NCBI GenBank assembly: GCA_964489095.1
Contig: CAZAXM010000005.1
Location: 1,347-65,346, forward strand
DNA from: an uncultured Ruminiclostridium sp.
Lineage (GTDB): Bacteria; Bacillota; Clostridia; Oscillospirales; Ruminococcaceae
Length of the DNA stretch: 64,000 nucleotides
Reading direction: 5' to 3'
In this document: in pieces, positions 38,608-46,296 of the stretch
How positions within the stretch are numbered: position 1 is the stretch's first letter
Layout of the letters: each line of letters opens with the position of its first letter
Made by a program: the position numbers and the translations under genes
The notes under the pieces: model-generated
What the model was told of the DNA's origin: nothing
What the model saw: only the letters and a program-made list of their open reading frames with translations
Databases searched by the model: none

Positions 38608-40863
38608 ATGGATAAAAATATCGGCAAGAAGCTTGACGGAAGATATGAGCTTATCGAGCTTATTGGCGTTGGCGGAATGGCGGACATCTATAAGGCTAGG
38701 GATCTCACGGAGGACAGGATCGTTGCGGTCAAGATACTAAAAAACGAGTTTGCCGCGAGCGAGGACTTCCTGCGCCGTTTTCGCAACGAGTCTAAAGCCA
38801 TTGCGCTTTTATCGCACCCGAACATTGTCAAGATCTACGATGTCGGATTTGCAGAAAAAATTCAGTACATCGTTATGGAATACATAGACGGTATAACGCT
38901 TACTGAATATATCGAACGTCAGGGTGTTCTTAAATGGCGCGACGCTATTCATTTTACAACCCAGATCCTCCGTGCGCTCCAGCACGCTCACGACCGCGGT
39001 ATCGTTCACCGCGATATTAAATCGCAGAACGTTATGCTGCTGTCCGACGGCACTATAAAGGTGATGGACTTCGGTATCGCACGCTTTAATCGTGAAACGG
39101 ATAAAACGATGTCCGAAAAAGCTATCGGCTCGGTTCATTATATAAGCCCTGAACAGGCGCGCGGCGAGGTAACCGACGAGAAGAGCGATATCTACTCTGT
39201 CGGCGTTATGCTTTACGAAATGCTTACGGGGAAAAAACCGTTCGATGGCGACAACCCTGTTTCTATCGCACTGAAGCATATGCAGGCTATACCGAAACGA
39301 ATGACGGAAATCAATCCGTCGATTCCCGAAGGACTTGAAGAAATCACTATAAAGGCAATGCAAAAAGAACCGTCGAAGCGTTACCAGACCGCAGGCGAGA
39401 TGATACGCGACATCGAGGAGTTCAAGAAAAATCCGAGCATTGTTTTTGAATACAAGTATTTTTCAACGGACGGTTCTACCAAGTATTTTGATAAGGTTTC
39501 CCCCGAACAGGCTGCTGTTCCAACAGGAAAACGAAAGGTTCAGCTTGAAGAGCCGGATGACGACGAGGAATACGATGACGACGATGATTATTACGACGAG
39601 GACGAAGATTATTACGAGCGCCGCCGCCGTTCGCCTGTTCTCCCTATTCTTTTTGCACTTGCTACGGCTTTCGTTATAATGACAGCCTGGCTTATCCACA
39701 CGATAGTTACACAGAATTTTGACGATATTCAAAGTGCGAGCGGCGAGGAAGTAGTTATGCCGACTCTCGTAAACCGCACGTGGGACGAAGTTCGTGCCGA
39801 ATATAACGACTATAACTTCATTCCCGTTACACAGTATTCCTCCGAATATGAAAAGAATGTCGTTATGGATCAGTCGGTTATGCCGGGACGCACCATAAAG
39901 AAGAATCAGGAAGTTGAGGTTGTCGTAAGTAACGGACCGAAGCTTGTCGAAATCGACGACTATACAAACAAGCACATTGACGACGTTATAACGATGCTGA
40001 AAAAGCAGGATTTAAAATATGAAATCAAGCGCACGGAGAGCGATGATATCGCGGAAGATTTTGTTATTAAGACCAGTCCTGCTGCGCGCGAATTTGTAGA
40101 AGCGGGAACAACCGTTACCTGTTACGTAAGTATGGGACAGAGCAATGAAGCTACTGCTGTACCGGATATGGTCAACCTTTCGCTTGCAAATGCAAAAAAA
40201 CGTGCGGAGGAATATGACATTCTTTTAACAATCATAACCGAGCCCAGCTCCGAAGTCGAGGAAGGTAAGGTTATCCGCCAGAATATCGCGCCGACAACGC
40301 TTGTCGAGAAAAACACGATGGTTGAAATCGTAGTAAGCGACGGAAGCGAGCCGATCAAGGAATCGGGCTTCAGCATAAGCGTAAGCAGTAAGGCAACGGG
40401 CGAATTTGAATTCCGTTATTACATCGATGGAACGCTTCAGAAGGATATGACCGAAATTAAGGATATGAGCCTTACGGATAAGATCCAATGGAGCTTTTCG
40501 GGAAGCGGCGTTCACGAATATGCTATCCGCGTTACGTCCCTCGATACGGGCGCGTCGGGAACGCTTATCGTAATGGAGGTTGACTTTACAACCGACCCTG
40601 TTACTAAGAGCGACAACGGTACCTTTAATAACAAGCTGTTCAAGCAGCTTCTTACCGCTCAGAATGTCGAAAATGACAGCTCCGAGGATACTACAACCAC
40701 CAGCGATGAATGGAACAACGGCGGAATACCGGCTGTTCCCGCTGAAACTGAAACGACTGACGTACCTTTAATCACAAATGTTCCAGAAACAGTTGATGGA
40801 GCCGAAACGACCCCGATTGAGGACGACGGCGACTTTAACGAAAACGACGAGTACGAGGAATAA
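38608..40863 (+). CDS. prkC: Ser/Thr protein kinase PrkC/Stk1 with PASTA repeats
   Basis: The Hanks kinase motifs are GVGGMADIY, VAVK, HRDIKSQN, DFGIA and SPEQ. These are followed by an acidic linker, a TM helix, three PASTA-like repeats, an extra beta-rich domain and an acidic tail. Confidence 0.92.
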   Translation: MDKNIGKKLDGRYELIELIGVGGMADIYKARDLTEDRIVAVKILKNEFAASEDFLRRFRNESKAIALLSHPNIVKIYDVGFAEKIQYIVMEYIDGITLTEYIERQGVLKWRDAIHFTTQILRALQHAHDRGIVHRDIKSQNVMLLSDGTIKVMDFGIARFNRETDKTMSEKAIGSVHYISPEQARGEVTDEKSDIYSVGVMLYEMLTGKKPFDGDNPVSIALKHMQAIPKRMTEINPSIPEGLEEITIKAMQKEPSKRYQTAGEMIRDIEEFKKNPSIVFEYKYFSTDGSTKYFDKVSPEQAAVPTGKRKVQLEEPDDDEEYDDDDDYYDEDEDYYERRRRSPVLPILFALATAFVIMTAWLIHTIVTQNFDDIQSASGEEVVMPTLVNRTWDEVRAEYNDYNFIPVTQYSSEYEKNVVMDQSVMPGRTIKKNQEVEVVVSNGPKLVEIDDYTNKHIDDVITMLKKQDLKYEIKRTESDDIAEDFVIKTSPAAREFVEAGTTVTCYVSMGQSNEATAVPDMVNLSLANAKKRAEEYDILLTIITEPSSEVEEGKVIRQNIAPTTLVEKNTMVEIVVSDGSEPIKESGFSISVSSKATGEFEFRYYIDGTLQKDMTEIKDMSLTDKIQWSFSGSGVHEYAIRVTSLDTGASGTLIVMEVDFTTDPVTKSDNGTFNNKLFKQLLTAQNVENDSSEDTTTTSDEWNNGGIPAVPAETETTDVPLITNVPETVDGAETTPIEDDGDFNENDEYEE

Positions 40864-41720
40864 TGGACGGACGAATTTTACGGGCAGTCGGCGGACTTTA
40901 CGAGGTTGAAGCGGACGGCGAACGGGTTTTATGTAAGGCACGGGGAATTTTCCGAAACCGCGGTATTTCACCCTGTGCGGGGGATTATGTCAGGTTCAGC
41001 GCGGAGGAAAACGCTGAACCGATAATTGAGGAAATATGCGAGCGGCGAAATGCTCTTATACGCCCGCCGCTTGCTAACCTTGATATAGCCGTTCTGGTAA
41101 TCTCCACCTGTGAACCCATGCCGAACGCTTACGTTATCGACAAGCTCACTGCGATTTTCGAGGAAAAGGGCATCGAAACAGTCCCCGTTTTCACGAAAAC
41201 TGATATTGCAGACTGCGGAGAACTTGCAGAAATCTACTCTGAAATCGGATACAAGTGCTTCTTTACCGACAATCTCACGGGAAGCGGGGCTGCGCCGCTA
41301 AAGGAATATCTGCGCGGAAAAACCGCCGCGCTTATCGGTAATTCAGGCGTTGGAAAATCGAGCCTTATAAACTGCATTTTTCCTGAGCTTGAAAAGCAGA
41401 CGGGCGAAATAAGCAAAAAGCTGGGACGCGGACGGCATACAACTCGCGAGGTCACGCTTTATCCCTACTGCGGTGGGTATGTTGCGGACACGCCCGGATT
41501 TTCAACGGTAGAAATCTGGCGGTATGCGGATATAAAAAATGACGAGCTGAAAAGCTACTTCCGTGAATTTACAGGAAAAAAATGCCGTTTTGCGGACTGT
41601 GTGCATATAAAAGAAACGGACTGCGAGGTTCAAGCGGCTGTCGAAAAAGGCGAAATATCCGAAAGCCGCTATAAGAGCTACACGCGTATGTACGAGGAAC
41701 TGTCTGTAACAAAAAAGTGA
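40863..41720 (+). CDS. rsgA: Ribosome small-subunit-dependent GTPase A
   Basis: It shows the circularly permuted GTPase order (TKTD...GNSGVGKSSL...DTPGF) and the zinc knuckle CRFADCVHIKETDC. Confidence 0.92.
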   Translation: MDGRILRAVGGLYEVEADGERVLCKARGIFRNRGISPCAGDYVRFSAEENAEPIIEEICERRNALIRPPLANLDIAVLVISTCEPMPNAYVIDKLTAIFEEKGIETVPVFTKTDIADCGELAEIYSEIGYKCFFTDNLTGSGAAPLKEYLRGKTAALIGNSGVGKSSLINCIFPELEKQTGEISKKLGRGRHTTREVTLYPYCGGYVADTPGFSTVEIWRYADIKNDELKSYFREFTGKKCRFADCVHIKETDCEVQAAVEKGEISESRYKSYTRMYEELSVTKK

Positions 41721-41735
41721 AAACGGAATACAATA

Positions 41736-41772
41736 AATCAAGCGGGGTAAAGCCGCTTGATTTTTCTTTTTT
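41736..41772 (+). terminator. Rho-independent terminator of the remA-to-rsgA block
   Basis: AATCAAGCGG-GGTAAAG-CCGCTTGATT is followed by TTTCTTTTTT. Confidence 0.8.
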
Positions 41773-41786
41773 GGGAGATGACGGAA

Positions 41787-41942
41787 ATGAGACATAGGAA
41801 AAGCTGCGGAAAATCAGTGTTCGCCGCCATATTGATATTTCTGGGGCTGCTGTGTCTTTGCTGTGTTTCCTACCGATTCCTGCTTCTTCTCGTCGCGGGA
41901 ATCTTCATTGTAATCGGTATCGTGCTGATACGAAAGTGCTGA
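41787..41942 (+). CDS. Hypothetical 51-aa two-helix Cys-rich membrane peptide
   Basis: The peptide reads MRHRKSCGKSVFAAILIFLGLLCLCCVSYRFLLLLVAGIFIVIGIVLIRKC. GGGAGA lies 8 nt upstream. The longer track start lies inside the rsgA terminator. Confidence 0.4.
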   Translation: MRHRKSCGKSVFAAILIFLGLLCLCCVSYRFLLLLVAGIFIVIGIVLIRKC

Positions 41943-42042
41943 AAGGGGTACATATTATGAAGGTTTTGGTAATGAGAAGTCCGAAAGCTTTTGCGTGGAT
42001 CTTCAGGTTAATTTTCGGAACACGCCGCTCGGCGTAATGTCC

Positions 42043-42071
42043 TTGTTTGTCCGAAAAAAATATGTTATAGT
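42043..42071 (+). promoter_or_regulatory. Sigma-A-like promoter (extended -10) upstream of the phage packaging genes
   Basis: TTGTTT (42043-42048) and TGT-TATAGT (42066-42071) are separated by 17 nt. Confidence 0.45.
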
Positions 42072-42090
42072 ATAAAATGTCCCGAACAGA

Positions 42091-42120
42091 AAAGACCGTG
42101 CAGCCCTGCGCGGTCTTTTT
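42091..42120 (+). terminator. Hairpin terminator/attenuator about 20 nt downstream of that promoter
   Basis: AAAGACCGTGC-AGCCCT-GCGCGGTCTTT forms an 11-bp stem whose 3' arm runs into TTTTT. It precedes the RBS of the TerS-like ORF. Confidence 0.5.
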
Positions 42121-42145
42121 GCGGTTAATGCAGAAAGGAGGTAAA

Positions 42146-42328
42146 ATGAAAAGCGAAAAAATAGCGAGCGAAAACGAGGTCCTCGAATTTCTGACCGAAA
42201 TAATGCGTGACAGCGAGGACGAAAAAACTCAGATGAAGGCGTCAGAGCTGCTTGCGAAGTATCTCGGAATGAATGAAAAAACCGCCGCCGAGAAAAAGAC
42301 TGTGCGTATCATTGACGACATTGAGTAA
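42146..42328 (+). CDS. Phage terminase small-subunit-like fragment (60 aa)
   Basis: AAAGGAGG precedes the ATG at 42146. KTQMKASELLAKYLGMNEK resembles the conserved C-terminal helix of Terminase_2-type small subunits. The N-terminal DNA-binding part is absent. Confidence 0.4.
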   Translation: MKSEKIASENEVLEFLTEIMRDSEDEKTQMKASELLAKYLGMNEKTAAEKKTVRIIDDIE

Positions 42329-43589
42329 CACGATCCGGCTCTCGGAGCTTATCGCGCCGTCGTTTTTTAATGTTCACCGCGACATTCGTGAACAGCGGCA
42401 CACACACTATGTTTTAGGCGGCGGACGCGGAAGCTGTAAATCCTCATTCGTAAGCCTTGAAATCATTCTCGGAATAATGAGCCACCCGAACACGAATGCG
42501 CTTGTTCTGAGAAAGGTAGGGCTATACCTTCGCGACAGCGTTTTTGAACAGCTCGTCTGGGCAATCGACAGGTTAGGCGGCGCAGACGAATGGGATTGTA
42601 AAGTATCCGTCCCCGAAATCGTCTACCGCCCGACAGGGCAGAAAATCCTGTTTCGAGGGGCGGACGAACCGCGGAAGCTTAAATCGACAAAGGTTTCTGT
42701 CGGCTACATTCGGTATGTCTGGTACGAGGAGGCTGACGAGTTTTCGGGACAGGAGGAAATTGACCTTATAAACCAGTCGCTGCTGCGCGGAGGTGATGTT
42801 TTTACCTGTTTTTACAGCTTCAACCCGCCGAAAAGTAAAAGCAGCTGGGTCAATTCCGAGCTGGCACTTCCCCGCCCCGACCGTATTTGTCATACGAGCG
42901 ACTATCGGAGCGTACCGCGCGAATGGTTGGGCGAACAGTTCATTGCCGAGGCAGAATATCTGCGCAGACAGAACCCCCTGCGGTACGCTAACGAATACCT
43001 CGGCGAACAGACGGGAACGGGCGCGGAAATTTTTCCGAACGCTGTAATACGTGAAATAAGCGACGAGGAAATACGGAGTGCGGAGCGGATTTGCAGAGGG
43101 CTGGACTGGGGGTACGGCGCGGATCCGTTTGTGTATATTTCACTTATTTATGACAAAACCAACCGTCGTATCCTTATCTGCAACGAATTTTACCGCTACG
43201 GAGCGAAATTCGATGAAATTGCAGCAGCCATTCGGACAGAAAATCCCGACAGCCGAATGGTTATCGCAGAAAGCGCTGAACCGCGGTCGAATGACGAGCT
43301 TAAAAGCAGAGGAATAAGGATACGCGCCGCGAAGAAAGGGCATGGTTCGGTTGAACACGGGCTTCGATGGCTTATGAATTTATCAGAAATTGTGATCGAC
43401 CCGATCCGCTGCCCGAACGCGAAGCGTGAATTTACGTCATATCGCTTTGAATCAGACGGAAACGGCGGATTCCGCGGCGGCTTTCCCGACCGTGACAACC
43501 ACACAATCGACGCAGCTCGTTACGCGCTTGAGGATTACACCGAGCGCCGGAAAACAGGTACGCTTGACCGAAAAAAACTAGGCATTTAA
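42273..43589 (+). CDS. Phage terminase large subunit, PBSX/Terminase_3 family
   Basis: YVLGGGRGSCKSSFVS is the Walker A motif, VWYEEADEF is Walker B, and a C-terminal nuclease region has DNHTIDAARYAL. The start is uncertain: ATG 42273, or TTG 42312 or 42321 overlapping the upstream stop. Confidence 0.85.
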   Translation: MKKPPPRKRLCVSLTTLSNTIRLSELIAPSFFNVHRDIREQRHTHYVLGGGRGSCKSSFVSLEIILGIMSHPNTNALVLRKVGLYLRDSVFEQLVWAIDRLGGADEWDCKVSVPEIVYRPTGQKILFRGADEPRKLKSTKVSVGYIRYVWYEEADEFSGQEEIDLINQSLLRGGDVFTCFYSFNPPKSKSSWVNSELALPRPDRICHTSDYRSVPREWLGEQFIAEAEYLRRQNPLRYANEYLGEQTGTGAEIFPNAVIREISDEEIRSAERICRGLDWGYGADPFVYISLIYDKTNRRILICNEFYRYGAKFDEIAAAIRTENPDSRMVIAESAEPRSNDELKSRGIRIRAAKKGHGSVEHGLRWLMNLSEIVIDPIRCPNAKREFTSYRFESDGNGGFRGGFPDRDNHTIDAARYALEDYTERRKTGTLDRKKLGI

Positions 43590-43602
43590 AAGGAGAGAAA
43601 AA

Positions 43603-44856
43603 ATGTTCAGAATTTCAGAAGAAACAAAAATAACACCGCAGCTCGCCCTGCGGTTCATCATCAAACACGCGCTTTCATGCGAGCCTATGGATAGGCTCTA
43701 CCGCTATTACGTCGGCGAACACGCGATTTTATCCCGTCCGAAGGACAAGCGTGCCGCTAACAACCGACTTGTCTGTAACCACGCGAAATATATCGCCGAC
43801 TGCACGACAGGTTATTTTATGGGCTCGCCTGTTCAATACCGAAGCAGGAGCGGCGCGGATATTTCCCGGCTTACCGATATTTTACATCGCTGCGACAGCG
43901 AAACGCAGGACGTTGACCTTGCGCGGAACGGCTCGATTTTCGGGCGATCGTATGAGATGCTGTATTTCTCAGGCGAGAAAAGACCTGTTTTAAAGCTCGC
44001 GAGCATTGACCCGCGACAGGCTTTTGTCGTTTACGATAACACTGTTGAGGAAAAACCGCTCTTCGGCGTCTACTACCTCCCGCAGTACAGCGAAAACGAC
44101 ATTTTAACGGGATACCGCTGTTATCTCTGCACGCCGACGGAAATAACGGAATTTTACGTAACAGCGGCTTTTTCCCTTGGAAAAACCATCTCTGTAACGC
44201 CGCACCTTTTCGGAGATGTTCCGCTTATCGAGTATTACAACAACGGCGACTGTCAGGGCGATTTTGAGCAGGTCACAAGCCTGATCGACGCGTACAATTT
44301 GCTTCAATCCGACCGTGTAAATGATAAGGAACAGTTCGTTGACGCTATACTGCTCATAAAAGGGCAGATTCTCGGCGACACCCCCGACGAGGAAAGTGAA
44401 ACCTACCGCGCGATAAAGGAATTCGGGGTTATGACAATGGACGACGGTGGCGATGCGCAGTGGCTTACGCGCCAGTTTGACGAAAACTCAGTCGAGCTGT
44501 TAAGAAAGTCACTGGAAAACGACATTCATAAATTCAGCGGCGTGCCTTGTATGAGCGACATAAACTTTTCGGGGAATGCTTCAGGCGTTGCGATGAAATA
44601 TAAGCTCCTTGCCTTTGAACAGCTCACGAAAATTAAGGAACGTTACTTCGCCGAGGGGCTTCGGCTTCGTCTGAAAATGATATCCAACGCGATTTTCGCA
44701 ATGTCGGCGAATAAAATTGACGCGGAGGATATTGAGATTTATTTCACGCATACCCTGCCCGAAAACGAAATAGAGCTTGCTGAAACGGTAAATCTTTTAA
44801 AGGACATTGTTCCGCGCGAACAGCTTATGAAGCTGCTTCCATTTGTTACGGAATAA
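43603..44856 (+). CDS. Phage portal protein, SPP1 gp6-like
   Basis: The 417-aa protein begins with YYVGEHAILSR...NNRLVCNHAKYIADCTTGYFMGSPVQY, typical of SPP1-type portals. AAGGAGAG precedes the ATG. Confidence 0.75.
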   Translation: MFRISEETKITPQLALRFIIKHALSCEPMDRLYRYYVGEHAILSRPKDKRAANNRLVCNHAKYIADCTTGYFMGSPVQYRSRSGADISRLTDILHRCDSETQDVDLARNGSIFGRSYEMLYFSGEKRPVLKLASIDPRQAFVVYDNTVEEKPLFGVYYLPQYSENDILTGYRCYLCTPTEITEFYVTAAFSLGKTISVTPHLFGDVPLIEYYNNGDCQGDFEQVTSLIDAYNLLQSDRVNDKEQFVDAILLIKGQILGDTPDEESETYRAIKEFGVMTMDDGGDAQWLTRQFDENSVELLRKSLENDIHKFSGVPCMSDINFSGNASGVAMKYKLLAFEQLTKIKERYFAEGLRLRLKMISNAIFAMSANKIDAEDIEIYFTHTLPENEIELAETVNLLKDIVPREQLMKLLPFVTE

Positions 44857-44953
44857 CGGCATTTATATAAATTGCAATATAAAGTATCCACAAAAATCAA
44901 GTAACAAGCAAGTTTATTTTTACCATATTAGATGACAATCCGCCGAAGATTCT

Positions 44954-45392
44954 CCTCGGATAATTATTTATCCGATGCAGCTTGTTGAAAAACCTGTTTT
45001 GGAGAGTATAGTGTCGTTTTGCAAGATTATCGACCTGATAGATCGGTGCAATTTGCAGCAAAAAATGGGATTCCAAAGGGAATAATTCCCTTTGGCAGGG
45101 GTTGGGGGACGGCGTCCCCAATTTCTTTTTTTCTCTCTTTTCGTCTTTTTCGACAGTCTGCCTCGGATAATTATTTATCCGATGCAGACTGTTGAAAAAC
45201 TCATTTTAGAGAACTTTAAGTCGTTTTGCTAGGATTTTTGACCTGATAAATCAGGGAAAATCGCAGTAGAAAATGGGATTCCAAAGGGAATAAATCCCTT
45301 TGGCAGGGGTTTGGGGACGGCGTCCCCAATCTCTTTTTCTTCTCTTTTCGTCTTTTTCGACAAGCTACCTCGGATAATTATTTATCCGATGC
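44954..45392. repeat. Direct-repeat array: a 25-mer x3 at 207-bp period, enclosing two ~85%-identical 182-bp structured segments
   Basis: CCTCGGATAATTATTTATCCGATGC occurs at 44954, 45161 and 45368. The units span 44954-45160 and 45161-45367. Each unit holds two palindromes and a T-run. Confidence 0.95.
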
Positions 45393-46033
45393 TCAATCAT
45401 ATTAATTCTCTCATGAGAGAATTTGGCGATGTCGGCACCCTTTGGAATAAATCTTCTTATCAGCTTATTTGCGTTTTCATTTAAACCTCTCTCCCATGCA
45501 CTGTAAGGGTGGGCATAATACGCCCTTGTTCGATTTCCTTTTGTCAAGACTGAGCGTTCTATTCCCTCATAATCAAGATTTTCGCAGCCGTTGTCACAAG
45601 TAATTGTCTTGAACTTCTCTCTGAACTCCTTGTTGCCGTGCTTTCGCTTTTTTGAATTTCTCTTAACAGGAAGATGTTTATTCGTTAGGTTCGGAAACAA
45701 ACCTGCGTCTATGTAGTTGTATATCGTTTTGTATGAAATACTTGTTTTGAATTTGCCTTCCTGCTTTATTTTTTGTGCAGCTGAATACGGTGACATCTTT
45801 TCTTTTATTATGAGCTTTTCGATATATTCTACCATCTCATAATCCTTGCCTATTTTCAGCATCGTACCTTTTGCTGTTCCCGCATAATCGTGCTTTTGTT
45901 GCCCTATATCTGCACTATATTCAATTCTTGTGGACAAATCGCTGTTTTGCAACTCTGTTTTTCCTTTCGCAAGCTCACGGCGTACTGTTCTGCCCGAACA
46001 GCCTATTTCCTTTGCTATTTCCTCGGATTTCAT
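45365..46033 (-). pseudogene. IS30-family transposase, truncated and internally deleted
   Basis: HTH (EIAKEIGCSGRTVRRELAKG), KTITCDNG, AWERGLNENANKLIRRF and INNYPR are present. The segment carrying the first catalytic Asp (WEGD-type) is missing between KRKHGNK and EFREKFK. Confidence 0.85.
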
Positions 46034-46296
46034 TCCGATTTTGCTTAATGCTTCTATTTTTATTCGTAATTTTGTTGTTTACCTTTTTGATTTTTTGTGG
46101 TACAATGTGTTTGGCTCATATTGTTCACTCTCCTTTTGTTATGTTTGTCCACTTAACATTATACCAGAGTTCTCAATATGAGTCTTTCTTTTTGGCTATT
46201 TTATTTTACAACTTTCCGTTTTTTTCGTGGTTTTTTACAGCTTTCCGCATAAATTTTGCTCTTTTACAAAAGCTAAGAAAAAGCTTTTGAGGGTAT

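Larger units (their letters stand above)
44897..46175 (-). mobile_element. Degenerate IS30-family insertion sequence (non-functional transposase; ends not defined)
   Basis: IS30-type HTH and C-terminal motifs appear on the minus strand. A promoter-like TGG-TATAAT (46163-46158) and AAGGAG RBS lie before ATG 46119. The transposase is frameshifted, internally deleted and split at the C-terminus. I could not identify terminal inverted repeats. Confidence 0.8.

Noticed and set aside
39551-39630. Acidic low-complexity stretch (PDDDEEYDDDDDYYDEDEDYYERRRR) in PrkC, considered as a possible repeat element
   Set aside because: It is an in-frame juxtamembrane linker of the kinase. There is no DNA-level tandem repeat beyond codon bias for GAC, GAT and GAA.
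44976-45092. Plus-strand mini-ORFs starting at the ATG inside each 25-mer (MQLVEKPVLESIVSFCKIIDLIDRCNLQQKMGFQRE and MQTVEKLILENFKSFC)
   Set aside because: There is no Shine-Dalgarno sequence. The second copy is truncated after 16 codons. Conservation is explained by the DNA-level repeat.
44954-45392. CRISPR array interpretation of the 25-bp direct repeats
   Set aside because: The intervening segments are 182 bp long and homologous to each other (~85%), so they are not unique 30-40-bp spacers. There are only three repeats and no cas genes.
44954-45392. Diversity-generating retroelement (template/variable repeat) interpretation
   Set aside because: No reverse transcriptase is nearby. Differences between the two units include indels and all base types, not adenine-specific substitutions.
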